Notes: generated by a model not told the origin, from the letters alone. A stretch of DNA of 64,000 nucleotides from Eledone cirrhosa (GCA_964016885.1 CAXHJY010000082.1:1-64000); one strand, 5' to 3'; numbered from the stretch's first letter, positions 13,192-27,574 are shown. Program-made: numbers and translations.

Positions 13192-13556
13192 GCCATATTC
13201 AGTTAATTCCGGTTTATTTAAAACTCCGTTTTACATATTTCACTGAGAACTATCAATTTAGATAGCCTGAGCTCTTCAGACGGCAAAATCTAAAATAAAT
13301 ATTGAAAGTTCCTAAGAAACCTTTAAATTCAGAAAAATCCAATAATTTCCATGCGTTCGGCCAGCCTCCTGTATCATGAAAAGAAAATCTTTTTCGGGGA
13401 AAATATTGGATTTTTCCGAATTTAAAGATTTATTAGGAACTTTCAATGTTTATTTTAGGTTTTGCCGCCAGAAGAGTTCAGGCTATCTTAACTGACAGTC
13501 CTCAGTGAAATATGTATAACGGAGTTTTAAATAAACCGGAATTAACTGAATATGGC
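13192..13556. repeat. Inverted pair of about 155-bp PLE pLTR-like arms, each with an HHR motif
   Basis: 13192-13346 is the reverse complement of 13402-13556. HHR at 13226-13283 (-) CCGT-CTGAAGA...GAAA and at 13465-13522 (+) ...GAAA-TATGTA-TA-ACGG. Confidence 0.8.
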
Positions 13557-13646
13557 CTCCGTACAGGTCGTTGGGCGCTTCTTTTTATCTGCTTTGTAAC
13601 CGACAGACCATAATGTGATCAGCACATTTCTGTTCTGTTAACCCCA

Positions 13647-13759
<113 letters not shown>

Positions 13760-14068
13760 CATATATATACATATATATATATATGTGTGTATGTGTATGT
13801 GTGTGTGCGTGTGTGTGTGTGCGTGTGTGTGTGCGTGTGTGTGTGTGTATTTATATTAATATTTATATTTATATATATAAGAAATTTAATAGTTAAAGAA
13901 AGAAGAGTAACATGGTTGGCTGTACAATAAGGGCTTTATTTAAAGTACTGACAATTGTTTCGTTGATCAGGTGTGTCTAGAGTTCGCTAATCGCTTGAGG
14001 TTGCGTCAATCGATCTCCAATACATTGTACTCTGACTGGATTACCTATAACGATAACTTGTTATCCCA

Positions 14069-14272
14069 TATAAGAAATTTAATATAGAAATGGCTTCTAC
14101 AGGACTAGAATTGTTTCATTTGAAGGACATAATAAGGACCTGATGATTTCCTTCGAATGAAACAGTTCTAGTCTTGTAAAACCCATTTCTATGTCAAATT
14201 TGTTATATACACTCTACTAATGTTTTGAGTACCTTATTTACTCTGGTTACCCCCGATTGAACCCGGGACTCG
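14069..14272 (+). mobile_element. PLE pLTR fragment with 5' inverted duplication and HHR-like motif
   Basis: IR arms at about 14069-14127 and 14149-14207. GGAC-CTGATGA (14140-46)...GAAA-CAGTTC-TA-GTCT. Confidence 0.6.
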
Positions 14273-14321
<49 letters not shown>

Positions 14322-14340
14322 GTGTGTGCGTGCGTGCGTG

Positions 14341-14398
<58 letters not shown>

Positions 14399-14401
<3 letters not shown>

Positions 14402-14585
14402 GAAATGTATGACCCCAGAGCTCAAGCCGCTTCGACGGCTATTTCGTCCAGAAATAGCCGTCGAAACGGCTTGAGCTCTGCCGTCGGGGTCATACATTTT
14501 CCTATTACCCACTCTACTACCCTAAGTATTGAGTACTACTGGTGCGTTATGGTCCATCCGGTTCCTTACCACAAATCCTTCGTTA
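14399..14585 (+). mobile_element. Fold-back pLTR-like fragment (family also at 1945-2008, 15050-15205 and 34880-34942)
   Basis: Near-perfect hairpin 14401-14502 centred on GTCCA, followed by CCTATTACCCACTCTACTAC...ATTGAGTAC, which recurs inverted at 15070-15140. Confidence 0.6.
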
Positions 14586-14671
14586 TATATATGTATATAT
14601 GATTATGTATGTATCTATTTATCCAGCTATACATCCTCTTTTAATCTTTCACTCTCTCTCTCTATCTATCT

Positions 14672-15045
14672 TCTTTTTTTCAAATACCACTTTAGAAGAA
14701 GAATCAGGATGGAAAGAGAGATGCTGTACCCCAGCAAGTTTTATGAAAGGTGGGTGAAAGTGGCGAGAATGGCCCGAGTGAATGGGCTTTCTCTCTATAT
14801 CAGCCTAGGTTGAGGAAAAAGAGGAAGAGAGGAAAGGGGTACTCACTCTTCGTACTCCTGGAGATGAGGGTTGCACATTTTTCGGGGGTATGTGTTACCC
14901 ATATGAAATGTCTCCCCCTATTGGGGAAAATCGATTAATTTTTAAATTGCATTTGTGATAATATTTTACACGTTTTTATTGTATGTAAACTTCCCCCTTT
15001 GTATTTGTCCCCTTCTTTTGTGCCCCTGTGGCTAATAAAGAAACA
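14672..15045 (+). mobile_element. 3' fragment of the same L1/Tx1-like LINE family as 29099-34421
   Basis: Encodes FFKYHFRRRIRMEREMLYPSKFYERWVKVARMARVNG versus FFRYHFGRRIRMEREVLHPSRFYERWVKVARMARVNG at 29367-29500. Ends with AATAAAGAAA. Confidence 0.9.
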
Positions 15046-15321
15046 TATCTATTTACAAAGAAAGTGCGTTAAGGAACCAAGTGGACCATAACGTACCAGA
15101 GTACTCAATACTTAGTGTAGTAGAGTGGGTAATAGGAAAAGAGTCGGGACCCCGACGGCTGAGATCCGGCCGATTCGATACAGCCTGAGCTCAGCCGTCG
15201 GTGTCCAATAAAGAAATATATCTATCTATTTATGAAACTATATATCTATCTACCTGTCTCTCTATCTGTCTATTATTTATCTCTACTTCCATCAGTCTAT
15301 AACAAATACGTATAGAATTAG

Positions 15322-15612
15322 CCCTATATCCTGTATATATATACCCTGTATATATATACCCTGTATATATATACCCTGTATATATATACCCTGTATATAT
15401 ATATATACCCTGTATATATATACACCCTGTATATATATACCCTGTATATATATACCCTGTATATATATACCCTGTATATATATATCCTGTATATATATAC
15501 CCTGTATATATATATCCTGTATATATATATCCTGTATATATATACCCTGTATATATATATATCCTGTATATATATACCCTATATATATATCTCCTGTATA
15601 TATATACCCTGA
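15322..15612. repeat. 15-bp minisatellite (CCCTGTATATATATA)n
   Basis: About 19 visible tandem units. Confidence 0.9.
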
Positions 15613-16003
15613 TATCAACAAGTGGGTGGAGTTTATTTAAATGTTCGTGTATACACTAGGCGTCACGGCACACAAACATGCCTGTATATATGTATGTATG
15701 TATATATGTATGTACATATGTATGTGTGTGTATGTATGTATGTATATATGTACGTATGTATGTATGTGTGTGTATGTGTGTATGTGTGTGTGTGTGTATT
15801 TGTGTGCATTTATTATTATATGTACGTATGTATGTGTATGTATGTGTATGTGTGCATATACATATTTAAATGTATGCGATTGTGTGCGCGGTTTTTCCGT
15901 GTTTTATCTAAGAGAAATTTCCACAGGGTATCGATGACATATTGTTTATACACACACATACACACACATACACACACACACACACACACGCACACATATA
16001 CAG

Positions 16004-16038
<35 letters not shown>

Positions 16039-16099
16039 ATGTGTATGCAATTATATATACGTACACACATACATACATTGTTTTTTTTCATTTCTATTA

Positions 16100-17140
16100 T
16101 TATTGTTTGTTGTTGTTGACGTTGTTGTTGCAGCTATTATTGTGGTTGTTGTTGTTATGGTCATTTACGTTTTTTTTTTTTTGTTATCCTTCTTCTTGAT
16201 GGTGATAGTGTTGTTGTTGTTGTTGCTGTTATAATTATTGTTGTTGTTGTTGTTGTCATAGCTGGTATTGTGGTTGTTGTTGTTATGGTCATTTACGTTT
16301 TTGTTGTTGTTGCCCTTGATGTTCTTGGTGGTAATATTGTTGTGTGTTGCTGTTGCTGCTGTTATTGTTGTTGTTGTAGTTGTTATTGTTGTTGGTGGTG
16401 GTTGTGGTTTTTGTGGTAGTGTTTGTTGTGTTGTAGTGGTGATGGTGTTTGTTGTGGTGTAATGATGGTAGTGTTTGTGATGGTGCTTGTTGTGGTGTGT
16501 GTGGTGGTGTTTGTTGTGGTGTTTGTGGTAGTGTTTGTTGTGGTGTTTGTTGTGGTGTTTGTGGTAGTGTTTGTTGTGGTGTCTGTTGTGGTGTTTGTTG
16601 TTGTGTTTGTGGTAGTGTTTGTGGTGGTGTTTGTTGTAGTGTTTGTTGTGTTGTAGTGGTGATGGTGTTTGTTGTGGTGTAATGATGATAGTGTTTGTGA
16701 TGGTGCTTGTTGTGGTGTGTGTGGTGGTGTTTGTTGTGGTGTTTGTGGTAGTGTTTGTTGTGGTGTTTGTTGTGGTGTTTGTGGTAGTGTTTGTTGTGTT
16801 GTAGTGGTGATGGTGTTTGTTGTGGTGTAATGATGGTAGTGTTTGTGATGGTGCTTGTTGTGGTGTGTGTGGTGGTGTTTGTGGTGGTGTTTGTTGTGGT
16901 GTTTGTGGTAGTGTTTGTTGTGGTGTTTGTGGTAGTGTTTGTTGTGGTGTCTGTTGTGGTGTTTGTCGTTGTGTTTGTGGTAGTGTTTGTGGTGGTGTTT
17001 GTTGTGGTGTTTGTGGTAGTGTTTGTTGTGGTGTTTGTTGTTGTGTTTGTGGTAGTGTTTGTGGTGGTGTTTGTTGTGGTGTTTGTGGTAGTGTTTGTTG
17101 TGATATTTATTGTAGAGATGGTGGTGGTGTTGTTGTTGTC
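16100..17140. repeat. GT-rich low-complexity tract and 12-bp minisatellite (GTGGTGTTTGTT-like) with larger duplicated blocks
   Basis: Directly visible; the block TGTAGTGGTGATGGTGTTTGTTGTGGTGTAATGATG recurs three times. Confidence 0.9.
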
Positions 17141-17452
17141 AGTAATTGTCGCTAAAATATGATTGTCATTATTTATTTACATTGACACTTCAGTAGCCTC
17201 ATCTAATGGACGAGCTGGTCTTTGTCAGCTTACGTCACAGGGGACAGTCATTGCTTTAATGCTAATGACCACAGCCTCCCTTCCACAGCCTCACTTCCTC
17301 ATCCCCCTCATCCCCATACTCATCTTCTCCTTACACAATTTCACGTTCTTTCTACGTCTCCCTCTCTCTCATACACACACACACTCTCTCTCTCTCTCTC
17401 TCTTTATGTATGTACACATACACACAGTCACACATAGATATATATATATATA

Positions 17453-17526
<74 letters not shown>

Positions 17527-17659
17527 AATGAATGAATGTGTATAATGCGGTCTCTTTACAAACATGGTTTTTATACAAACATACGCTCATGCATACACGC
17601 ATGCACGCACACACTCACATACATGCATGACATGTATACTCCTTATGTCATATATGTAT

Positions 17660-17761
<102 letters not shown>

Positions 17762-17958
17762 TTTATCTGTATCCATTTCGCCGTGTTGCTGCAGTTATTG
17801 CTCTTAGCGTTGTTGTTATTATTATTATTGTTGTTTTTATACTGATGATGATGAGGATGATGATGATGATGATGATGCTGATGATGATGCTGTTGCTGTT
17901 GTTGCTGTTGATGATAACAATGAGAATGTTGTTATAATTGTTGGTCTTGTTACAATAC

Positions 17959-18031
<73 letters not shown>

Positions 18032-18277
18032 GCACTTGCTGTTGTTATAGCTTTGCTGTTGTTGTTATTGTGTTATTGTTAATAGTACTGCTGCTGACAG
18101 TACTGCTTGTGGTGCTGGTAATGCGGCCTATGAGGAAGCTGATGAAGCTGCCATTATCATTAATGCTGTTACAATACATGTTTATGTATTTATATACTTA
18201 TATGTTATTTAATGTTCCTGTGTGTTTTTAAATATGTATTTTTAAAAAGCTTTTTTCTTTATTTTCCTTACAAAGTT

Positions 18278-18308
<31 letters not shown>

Positions 18309-18471
18309 ATTTTGTTGTTTATTGATTGATTGTGTTCTAGTAATGCTGCCATTCTTTATATGTACACGCACACAAACACACACACATATATATATATATT
18401 ATATGTACACACACATATATATATATATACATATACATATATACATACATGCACACATACGTATATATACA

Positions 18472-18589
<118 letters not shown>

Positions 18590-18626
18590 TAATAATGGCG
18601 TCTGTGACATTATCTATTATTACTGA

Positions 18627-18681
<55 letters not shown>

Positions 18682-18814
18682 AATATGTATGTATTTATGT
18701 ATAAATGTACGTGTGTATGTATGTATATTATATGTATACATATACATATATATATATGTATATATATGCATATATATGAGTGTATATATATTTACATACA
18801 TACAAACATGCTTT

Positions 18815-19364
18815 CATACATATATGCATGCATACATACATACATGCATGCATACATACATACATACATATATACATACATACATACATGCATACATACA
18901 TACATGCATACATACATACATACATACATACATACATACATACATACATACATACATACATACATACATACATACATACATACATACATACATGCATGCA
19001 TGCATGCATGCATACATACATACATACATACATACATACATACATACATACATACATACATGCATGCATACATACATGCATGCATACATACATGCATGCA
19101 TGCATGCATACATACATACATGCATGCATGCATGCATGCATGCATGCATACATACATACATACATACATACATACATACATACATACATACATACATACA
19201 TACATACATACATGCATGCATACATACATACATGCATGCATGCATACATACATACATACATACATACATACATACATACATACATACATACATGCATACA
19301 TACATACATGCATGCATACATACATACATACATACATACATACATACATACATACATACATACA

Positions 19365-19394
<30 letters not shown>
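18815..19394. repeat. (CATA)n/(CATG)n tetranucleotide array
   Basis: Directly visible. Confidence 0.95.
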
Positions 19395-19396
<2 letters not shown>

Positions 19397-19469
19397 AAGC
19401 ACGTTGGATTTAGATAGATATTATGTCTATTAAAACATGCCTTTTGTTAATCTTTGCTGATTGATGTGT

Positions 19470-19662
19470 GATAAAGTTTAAGTGCGGAGCAGACAGAGGA
19501 AACGATGGACAGCCAACATAGCTGTGTGGACAGGGATGAAATTTGCCACAATCCAAGCAATCGCCTATGACCGCTGAAGATGGAGGCTGTGGGGCAGCGT
19601 TCGGCACAGCAGTATCCCAACGACCCTGAAAAGTGTTAAGGGACTATGATGATGATGATGGG
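19470..19662 (+). mobile_element. RTE-clade LINE 3'-terminal fragment
   Basis: Encodes RQRKRWTANIAVWTG (RTE C-terminal motif) and ends in (GAT)n. Confidence 0.6.
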
Positions 19663-19734
19663 TGTTTAATTATTAAGAAAACTACTAATACCTTTGTTGC
19701 TGATGTTGTTGTCGGTGGTGGCATTAATGATAGG

Positions 19735-22025
19735 GATAGACGGAGCGACAGAAATCAATTATTGACTTTATTATTGTCTCTGATCTCTTCGATTCTGTGC
19801 TGGATGTTCCGGTTAAGAGATGGGGGTTGAGCTGTCAACTGATCACCATCTACTTATCTGCAGCATGAGACCACCTAAATTTAAAGAAGCCTACAAAACT
19901 GAGCAGGTCCAGGGCGATCTACAGAAGGAAGTGGGAAGCGTTGGGGAATAAGGAATTCAGAACCAGTTGTGCAGATATTATTGCATCTAAATTCAGGGAA
20001 ATCCCGCGCAAACTGAGGACGTTGAAACGAACAGGAGATCGCTTAATTCAGCAGTTTCTGCTTCACCTGTTAAATGCTGCGGGCAAACGAAGCTTGGTGT
20101 GGTGCCAGATGACTGGAGGACACTTTGATTCGATCAAGAGGTCAAAGATGCCATCCAAGCAAAGAAGGGAGCCTACAAAGCTTGGCTAGGAAATAAGTCC
20201 TCCTTCTTGTACTTGCGGTACAAGCAGGCACGAAGAATCGGAACAGAGACAGTAAAGGTGTCCAAAGATAAGATATGGAAGGACTTTGGGCTTAAGTTTG
20301 AATCAGACTTCAGATCAGCAAATAAAGTGTTCTGGCAGACCATCCACCGTCTTCGTCATAAGCAGTACTCCTCCACACCATCAGAAACGCGGATGGGGTT
20401 CTCTTTTCAGAGGGGTGCATCCTTGAGTGGTGGAAGAATACTTTGCTGACCTCTTAAACCCGATGAAAACAGAATCTTTTGATGAGCACGAGGTACATCT
20501 GGGAGCGATGTATAATATCTCGAAGGCTGGGATCACAAGAGCAATTAAAGAGCTCAGATGTGGCAGGGTCACTGGGATGAAATTCGACCTGAGATGTTAA
20601 AAGCCTTCAATAGAGAAGATATTCTCTGGCTGACTTGTGTGTGCCGGGGTGCCTGGATGTCTAGAAAGGCGCCTGAGCAATGGTAGTCGGGAATGATAAT
20701 CTCAATTTTCAAAAAGGGAGACAAGAGAGATTGCTTCAATTATAGAGGGATCTCTTTGTTAAGCCTCCCCGGTAAAGTCTATGCTAAATGTCTGGCAAAG
20801 AGATGTAGGGAGATTGTCGAGTCCAAGCTAGTTGGTGAAGAGCGTGGTTTTCGTCCCTAACACAGCACAGACGACCAAATATACACAGTGCGGCAGGTCT
20901 TTGAGGAATCGTGGATGTACCGCCAAGAGATGTATTCTTGCTTTGTAGACCTCGAAAAGTCATATGACCGCGTTCCACGGGACCTGCCGTGGAAGGTTCT
21001 GCAGGAGTATGGGGGTAGATTATCAGATTTTTGTTGCAGTGATGTCTTTATACGAATGCCCGAGTATTAGTGTTCGGATAATTGATGTTAAATCGAAACC
21101 ATTCAATATGGGAGTCGGACTCTGCCAAGGGTGCGTTCTGTGACCTTTCCTATTCAATATTTTCATGAACAGGATTGACATGCGCAGCCAGGTTGGAAGT
21201 GGTATCCCGACTGGCAAGTGTAGAATCAGTTGACAGGAATGTGCGAACGTCATGGAACTACTTAACTTGTCAGAAGGTGGAATCGCAGTAAATAGATTTC
21301 ATGCCGAGTGGTGCACGTCGAGAATGAAAACCAGTGCTGCGAAGACAGAGATCTTTCATCTCCTCAAGGAAATCTGGGCATTGCATTCTACATATAAGTG
21401 GAGTTCCACTGAAGCACGGGGAGAAGTTCAAGTATTTCAGGGCCGTGTTCACGGGTTATGGAAGGCAGGAGACTGAACTAAATGCAAGAATTTCAGGAGC
21501 TGGTACAGTAATGTATCAGCTTCAAGATTCGGTAATCAGAAAAAGAAAGGTGGGTGTAAAAGCCAAACGTGTTATTTTCAATTCGGTATTCCTATGGTCA
21601 TGAATCTTGGGTAATGAATGAAAGAATACGATCGCGAATAAAAGTCATCGAAATAGGGTTCCTCCGAAGGGTCTTTAGAGTAACGTTACTAGATATAGTG
21701 CGTAACCCGGAGATCAGAGAGTCACTCCATGTAAAGCCTGCATTTCTCCGACTTGAGAGATCACAGCTCCGATACTATGGGCATCTGGTTAGAATGTCCC
21801 AGGAAAGAATCACTGGACAGATTTTACAGGCAAAACCAACTGGCAGGATACCTATGGGTAGAGCTCGAGCAAGACGGTTGGATAACATCCATGAGCTTGG
21901 CTGGTTTCGCTTGGGGACACAGCCGAATCAGTTGGAAACGGTTGCTTCTGAAAGGACCCGTTGGAAGAAGTGTTTGATTATTCTTCCCCTACGACCCTCT
22001 AAGGAATATGTGGGCGAAAAAGATG
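19735..22025 (+). mobile_element. RTE-clade LINE, 5'-truncated and degenerate (end of APE, RT, C-terminus)
   Basis: KSIIDFIIVS..STDHHL (APE end), NYRGISLLS, CFVDLEKSYDRVPR, GLCQGCVL, EKFKYF, YGHESW, QLRYYGHLVRM, GRARAR. Many stops and frameshifts. Confidence 0.9.
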
Positions 22026-22230
22026 TGCGTGTGTCTGTGTCTGTGTCTGTCTGTCTCTGTGTGTGTGTGTGCGTGTGTGCCTGTGTCTGTCTGTCTGTGT
22101 GTGTGTGTCTGTGTCTGTCTGTCTGTCTGTCTATGTGGGTATGCGTGTGTGCCTGTATTAATCAGGAAATCTGGAATGTCCAATTAGGTATTGCAAGGAA
22201 TTGAAGAAAAAAGGTGGCAGCAGCAGAGAC

Positions 22231-22292
<62 letters not shown>

Positions 22293-22409
22293 AAAAAAGA
22301 GACGATTTTAAAAACATGAATATAATTTATATTGTTTATATATATATATAATGTTTATTTAATTTAAACAACCACACACACACACATACACACACACACA
22401 CACACACAC

Positions 22410-22490
<81 letters not shown>

Positions 22491-22823
22491 CAATTATATA
22501 CATATATATATTTGTATATACATACAATTATATACATATATATATACATATTTTAACCTATGCATTTATACACATACCGTACATACATACATATATACAC
22601 ACAGACACACAGTCACAGACACACATACATACATACACACACTTACAGACACACATACTCACACACTCACATACATACATATGTATATTTGTTTAAGTAT
22701 GTAAAATTCAGGATATGTTTTTATACGATATTTGCGCCTTGATTACGTGATCCATGTCTACTTGTTTGTATGCATGTAAGTATGTATATATGTATATATA
22801 TACACACGTATACACACTCGTAA

Positions 22824-22857
<34 letters not shown>

Positions 22858-23134
22858 AAATATACTATATATATATATCACCGTTTTATCCAGAGGTTGA
22901 CCTTTAAACCGGACACTATAACAAACAACACATAATAATGTTGTCGATTTGTTTACATGCACCTCGTTTTATCTGTCCCCATATCTATCTAGCTATCTCG
23001 GAGCTACGTGTGTAAACATTTATAACTATATATATATACACATCTGTATTTCTATAGACATACATACTTTCATACAAATTTATACATATATAGCCGCTCA
23101 TGCAAAAGAACACACGCAAACAAACAGACAATCA

Positions 23135-23213
<79 letters not shown>

Positions 23214-23217
<4 letters not shown>

Positions 23218-23537
23218 GTTTAGACGTATATATATGTTTGTGTGTATATATGTGTTTGTGTGTATATATATGTGTGTTTGTGTGTATATATATGTGTCTG
23301 TATATATATATATGTGTATGTATATATATATTTATGCACACATACACATTTGTATGAATTTGTAGGCATATATAGATACATCTACAAATTCATACAAATG
23401 TGTATGTGTGCATAAATATATATATACATACACATATATATATATATACAGACACATATATATACACACAAACACACATATATATATACACAAACACATA
23501 TATACACACAAACATATATATATACGTCTAAACCCAT
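23214..23537. repeat. Fold-back inverted repeat with about 150-bp arms and a 16-nt spacer
   Basis: 23214-23365 is the reverse complement of 23382-23537. Confidence 0.85.
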
Positions 23538-23860
23538 GCTTGCGTGGAAGATAGACGTTAAACGATGATGATGACACAAACACATATATATATACAAACA
23601 CACATATATATATATATACATCCACACACACATATATATACACACATATACACACCCACACATATATATATATTAAGAAATCCATACAATTGCGTGTGTC
23701 TGCATTATACTTTCACTATTGAGACCTGTTGTAAAAAAACGAACAAATTCACAATCGTTAGTGTCAAAAATTAGTTTCACTTTTGAGACCGCCCGTCTTG
23801 ACGTATGCCATATATATATATATATATAGTTATGTAATAAACAACATAAGGCAATTATTC

Positions 23861-23914
23861 CATTTACCAGTGGTTTCTTAAAAGCAAAAGATTTTGCTTT
23901 CAATCCTCAGAATG
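23861..23914 (-). ncRNA. Hammerhead ribozyme motif (intact core)
   Basis: Minus strand: CATT-CTGAGGA-TTGAAAGCAAAA/TTTTGCTTTTAA-GAAA-CCACTGG-TA-AATG. Confidence 0.85.
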
Positions 23915-24074
23915 AAAAAATCCTGGTCTGTTTATTGATTTTGGATTTTAAAAAACAAAAATGCAATCTATATGAAAGTGAGGCTGGAGAAAGAAGAAGG
24001 AAAGGAAAAATAAAATAAAACCACACATGCAAACACACACACAAACACGCACACACACACACAAAAGCATACAT

Positions 24075-24149
<75 letters not shown>

Positions 24150-24218
24150 CACTCATACATACACACACACATATATACACACATACATACACATAGAAAC
24201 ATAAATATATATATATAC

Positions 24219-24289
<71 letters not shown>

Positions 24290-24814
24290 CATGCATACAC
24301 ATACACAAACATAGCCATACACACATACATATACATACATACATACATACATACATACATACATACATACATACACATACATACATACATGCACACAATC
24401 ATACATATATACACACGTACATACATACACATACATAAATGCGTACATATACATGTACAAAATTAGAAAAATATACACTCCTCTACATATTCACACACGC
24501 AAATAAATATAAGAAAAAATATATATAAAAAAATAAAATAATAATAAAGATTATTATAGAGTTTACAGCGATACAAACGGCGGGTAGATGAACAGACACG
24601 CGTGGTAAGTAATACACACAAATGCACGTATACATACGTACGAAATAGTAAATACATACACACACTCTCACACATAAATATACAAATACATAAACATATA
24701 CATACACATACACAAATACATGCACAAACACGCACACACACACGTATACAATTATATACACACATATACACAGACATATATAACCTCGGATTTAGCCGGG
24801 TTAATCAGTCTATT

Positions 24815-26330
24815 TAAAAATAGACAACCGGATTGAAAGCCTAGCTAAGCGTAAAGAATATATTACCCTTAAAGACCATAAATTGGACTTTACTGTAGAC
24901 TGATTAACCCGGCTAAATCCGAGGTTGGCCTTGCAAGTAAAAAAATCTTAAGAAAAATAATTCTCCAAATTAGATCTAACACTGGCCTATCACAGTGGCT
25001 AAATACTTCCTCTGTTATTTCTTGGTTTAATAATATACAAGGTAAAAATAAGTGTAAATTTACCCAATTTGATATTGTCGATTTTTACCCCTCTATTACT
25101 GTTTTCTTATTAACTAATGCCTTAGATTTTGCAAGACCCTTCATTAATATTTCTCAATTAGAAGAAGATATTATCTTTCATGCTAGAAAAACTTTACTCT
25201 TTACTAATGATAATATTTGGGTTAAAAAGTCAAACCCTGAAAACTCTTTTGATGTTGCAATGGGTTCATATGACATGACAGTGCGGATGTGTGTGACTTA
25301 GTAGGATTATTCCTTCTCCACACCCTCAAAGAGAAATTTCCTTCCCATAATTTCGGTTTATACCGTGATGACGGATTAGCAGTTTCTCATACCACCAACG
25401 GCCATAACCTTGATAAATTCCGTAAAGATTTAATCAATACTTTTGCTAATCTTAACCTTAAAATCACTATAGATACGAACCTTACTAATGCTAACTTTCT
25501 TGATATTAATCTTGATCTACTTACCGTCTCTTTTAAACCCTATCATAAACCTAATAAAAATCTTAGGTATATACACAAAGAGTTTTGCCATTCCCTTATA
25601 GTTTTTAATAATCTTATTCCTAACATTAGCCGTAGGATTTCTACCTTATCTTCGTCTATAGACATTTTTAATAAAGCCGCCCCTTATTATAATAAAGCCC
25701 TTAAGAACAGCGGTTTTACAGAAAAAAATTCTTATTTACCTACCCCTCCCCTAAAATTAACCACAATAACAAGAAAAGGAAGATTATTTGGTTCACACAC
25801 CCCTTCTCTCTAACTGTCAAAACTAATGAAGGAAGGAAATTCCTTGAACTCTTAGACAAACATTTTCCTCCTAATCATAGATATTATAAGATATTTAATA
25901 GGAAGGTAGTTAAGATCAGCTACTCTTGTTGCCCATCTATGAAGTCCAAAATCACCAGTTCAAACCATACGAGAACAAATCCAGGATGCAGTTGCAGGAA
26001 GCCGGATGAATGCCCATTGCAGGGCAAATGTAACACCAAATCTGTTGTTTATGAGGCTAAAATAACACCGGTAATCAACAACCAGCCAGCCAGGAATGAG
26101 CGATATGTTGGCATGACCCAGGACAGATTTAAAACCAGATTTTACTCACATGTCGCTTCTTTTAAGCACTCCGATAAACGAACATCAACGGCCCTCGAAA
26201 GTAAGGTGTGGGAATTCAAGGATAGTAACATCCCGTACTCTATCGATTGGTCTATATTAGACCATTCGAGGGAGTACCAAAGGGGCACAAAGAATCGCAT
26301 CTGATCTGTAACTGGATTGACACTCCTATG
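24815..26330 (+). pseudogene. PLE RT plus GIY-YIG endonuclease (Nematis-type), frameshifted
   Basis: YITLKDHK, RLINPAKSEVG, QFDIVDFYPSI, FDVAMGSYD, GLYRDDGL, NFLDINLDL, YHKPN, CSCRKPDECPLQGKC..VVYEA...YVGMT..FKTRF..H. Confidence 0.9.
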
Positions 26331-26548
26331 ATAAATCAACCGCCTTGAACTCCTTTCCTGTTCTTTACTTCTGCTACGGTTTTTTTTATTTTGCTGAATC
26401 TACGTTCTGTACTCTTGTATATATTTTTCTCTCCCTTATCTCCCCTTATATTTCACCTTTTCCTATGTCTTCCCCCCCCCATATATTCTTTTTGCCTTAC
26501 CCTTCACATACCTATGTGTATGTGTATGTATATTTATGCGTATATATA

Positions 26549-26589
<41 letters not shown>

Positions 26590-26624
26590 ATATATATGTA
26601 TATGTAGATAGACCAGGTTTTTTT

Positions 26625-26679
26625 CATTCTGAGGATTGAAGGCAACATTTTTTTGCTTTTAAGAAACCACTGGGGAATG
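26625..26679 (+). ncRNA. Hammerhead motif copy with mutated cleavage site
   Basis: Same as 28015-28068 but with TA replaced by GG at 26674-75. Confidence 0.7.
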
Positions 26680-26789
26680 GAATAATTGCCTTATGTTGCT
26701 TATTACTTTACTACTATATATATGTATATGTAAGGCTCATATGAATTATCTAAGACTGAGTTTTACACACACACATGTGTGTGTGTATG

Positions 26790-26852
<63 letters not shown>

Positions 26853-27006
26853 GTTTGTATTTGGTTGTGCGTGCTTATGATATGTACGAATTTGTATGTG
26901 TATAATTGTATAGCTATGTATGTCTGTGTGTGTGTATGTATACACATATATATGTGTGGGTGAATGTGTGTGTGTGTGTATTTTTATATTTATATTTATA
27001 TATATG

Positions 27007-27038
<32 letters not shown>

Positions 27039-27489
27039 TGTCTGTGTATATGTGTGTATATAATTGTATACGTGTGTGTGTGCGTGTTTGTGCATGTATT
27101 TGTGTATGTGTATGTATGTGTTTATGTATTTGTATATGTATATTTATGTGTGAAAGTGTGTGTATGTATTTACTATTTCGTACGTATGTATACGTGCATT
27201 TGTGTGTATTACTTACTACGCGTGTCTGTTCATCTACCCGCCGTTTGTATCGCTGTCAACTCTATAATAATCTTTATTATTATTTTATTTTTTTATATAT
27301 ATATTTTTTCTTATATTTATTTGCGTGTGTGAATATGTAGAGGAGTGTATATTTTTCTAATTTTGTACATGTATATGTACGCATTTATGTATGTGTATGT
27401 ATGCACGGGTGTATATATGTATGATTGTGTGCATGTATGTATGTATGTATATGTATGTGTGTATGGCTATGTTTGTGTATGTGTATGCA

Positions 27490-27574
<85 letters not shown>

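Noticed and set aside
24815-26330. Naiad/Chlamys-type or selenocysteine-encoding PLE
   Set aside because: The endonuclease is C-terminal, not N-terminal, and the disruptions look like ordinary decay.
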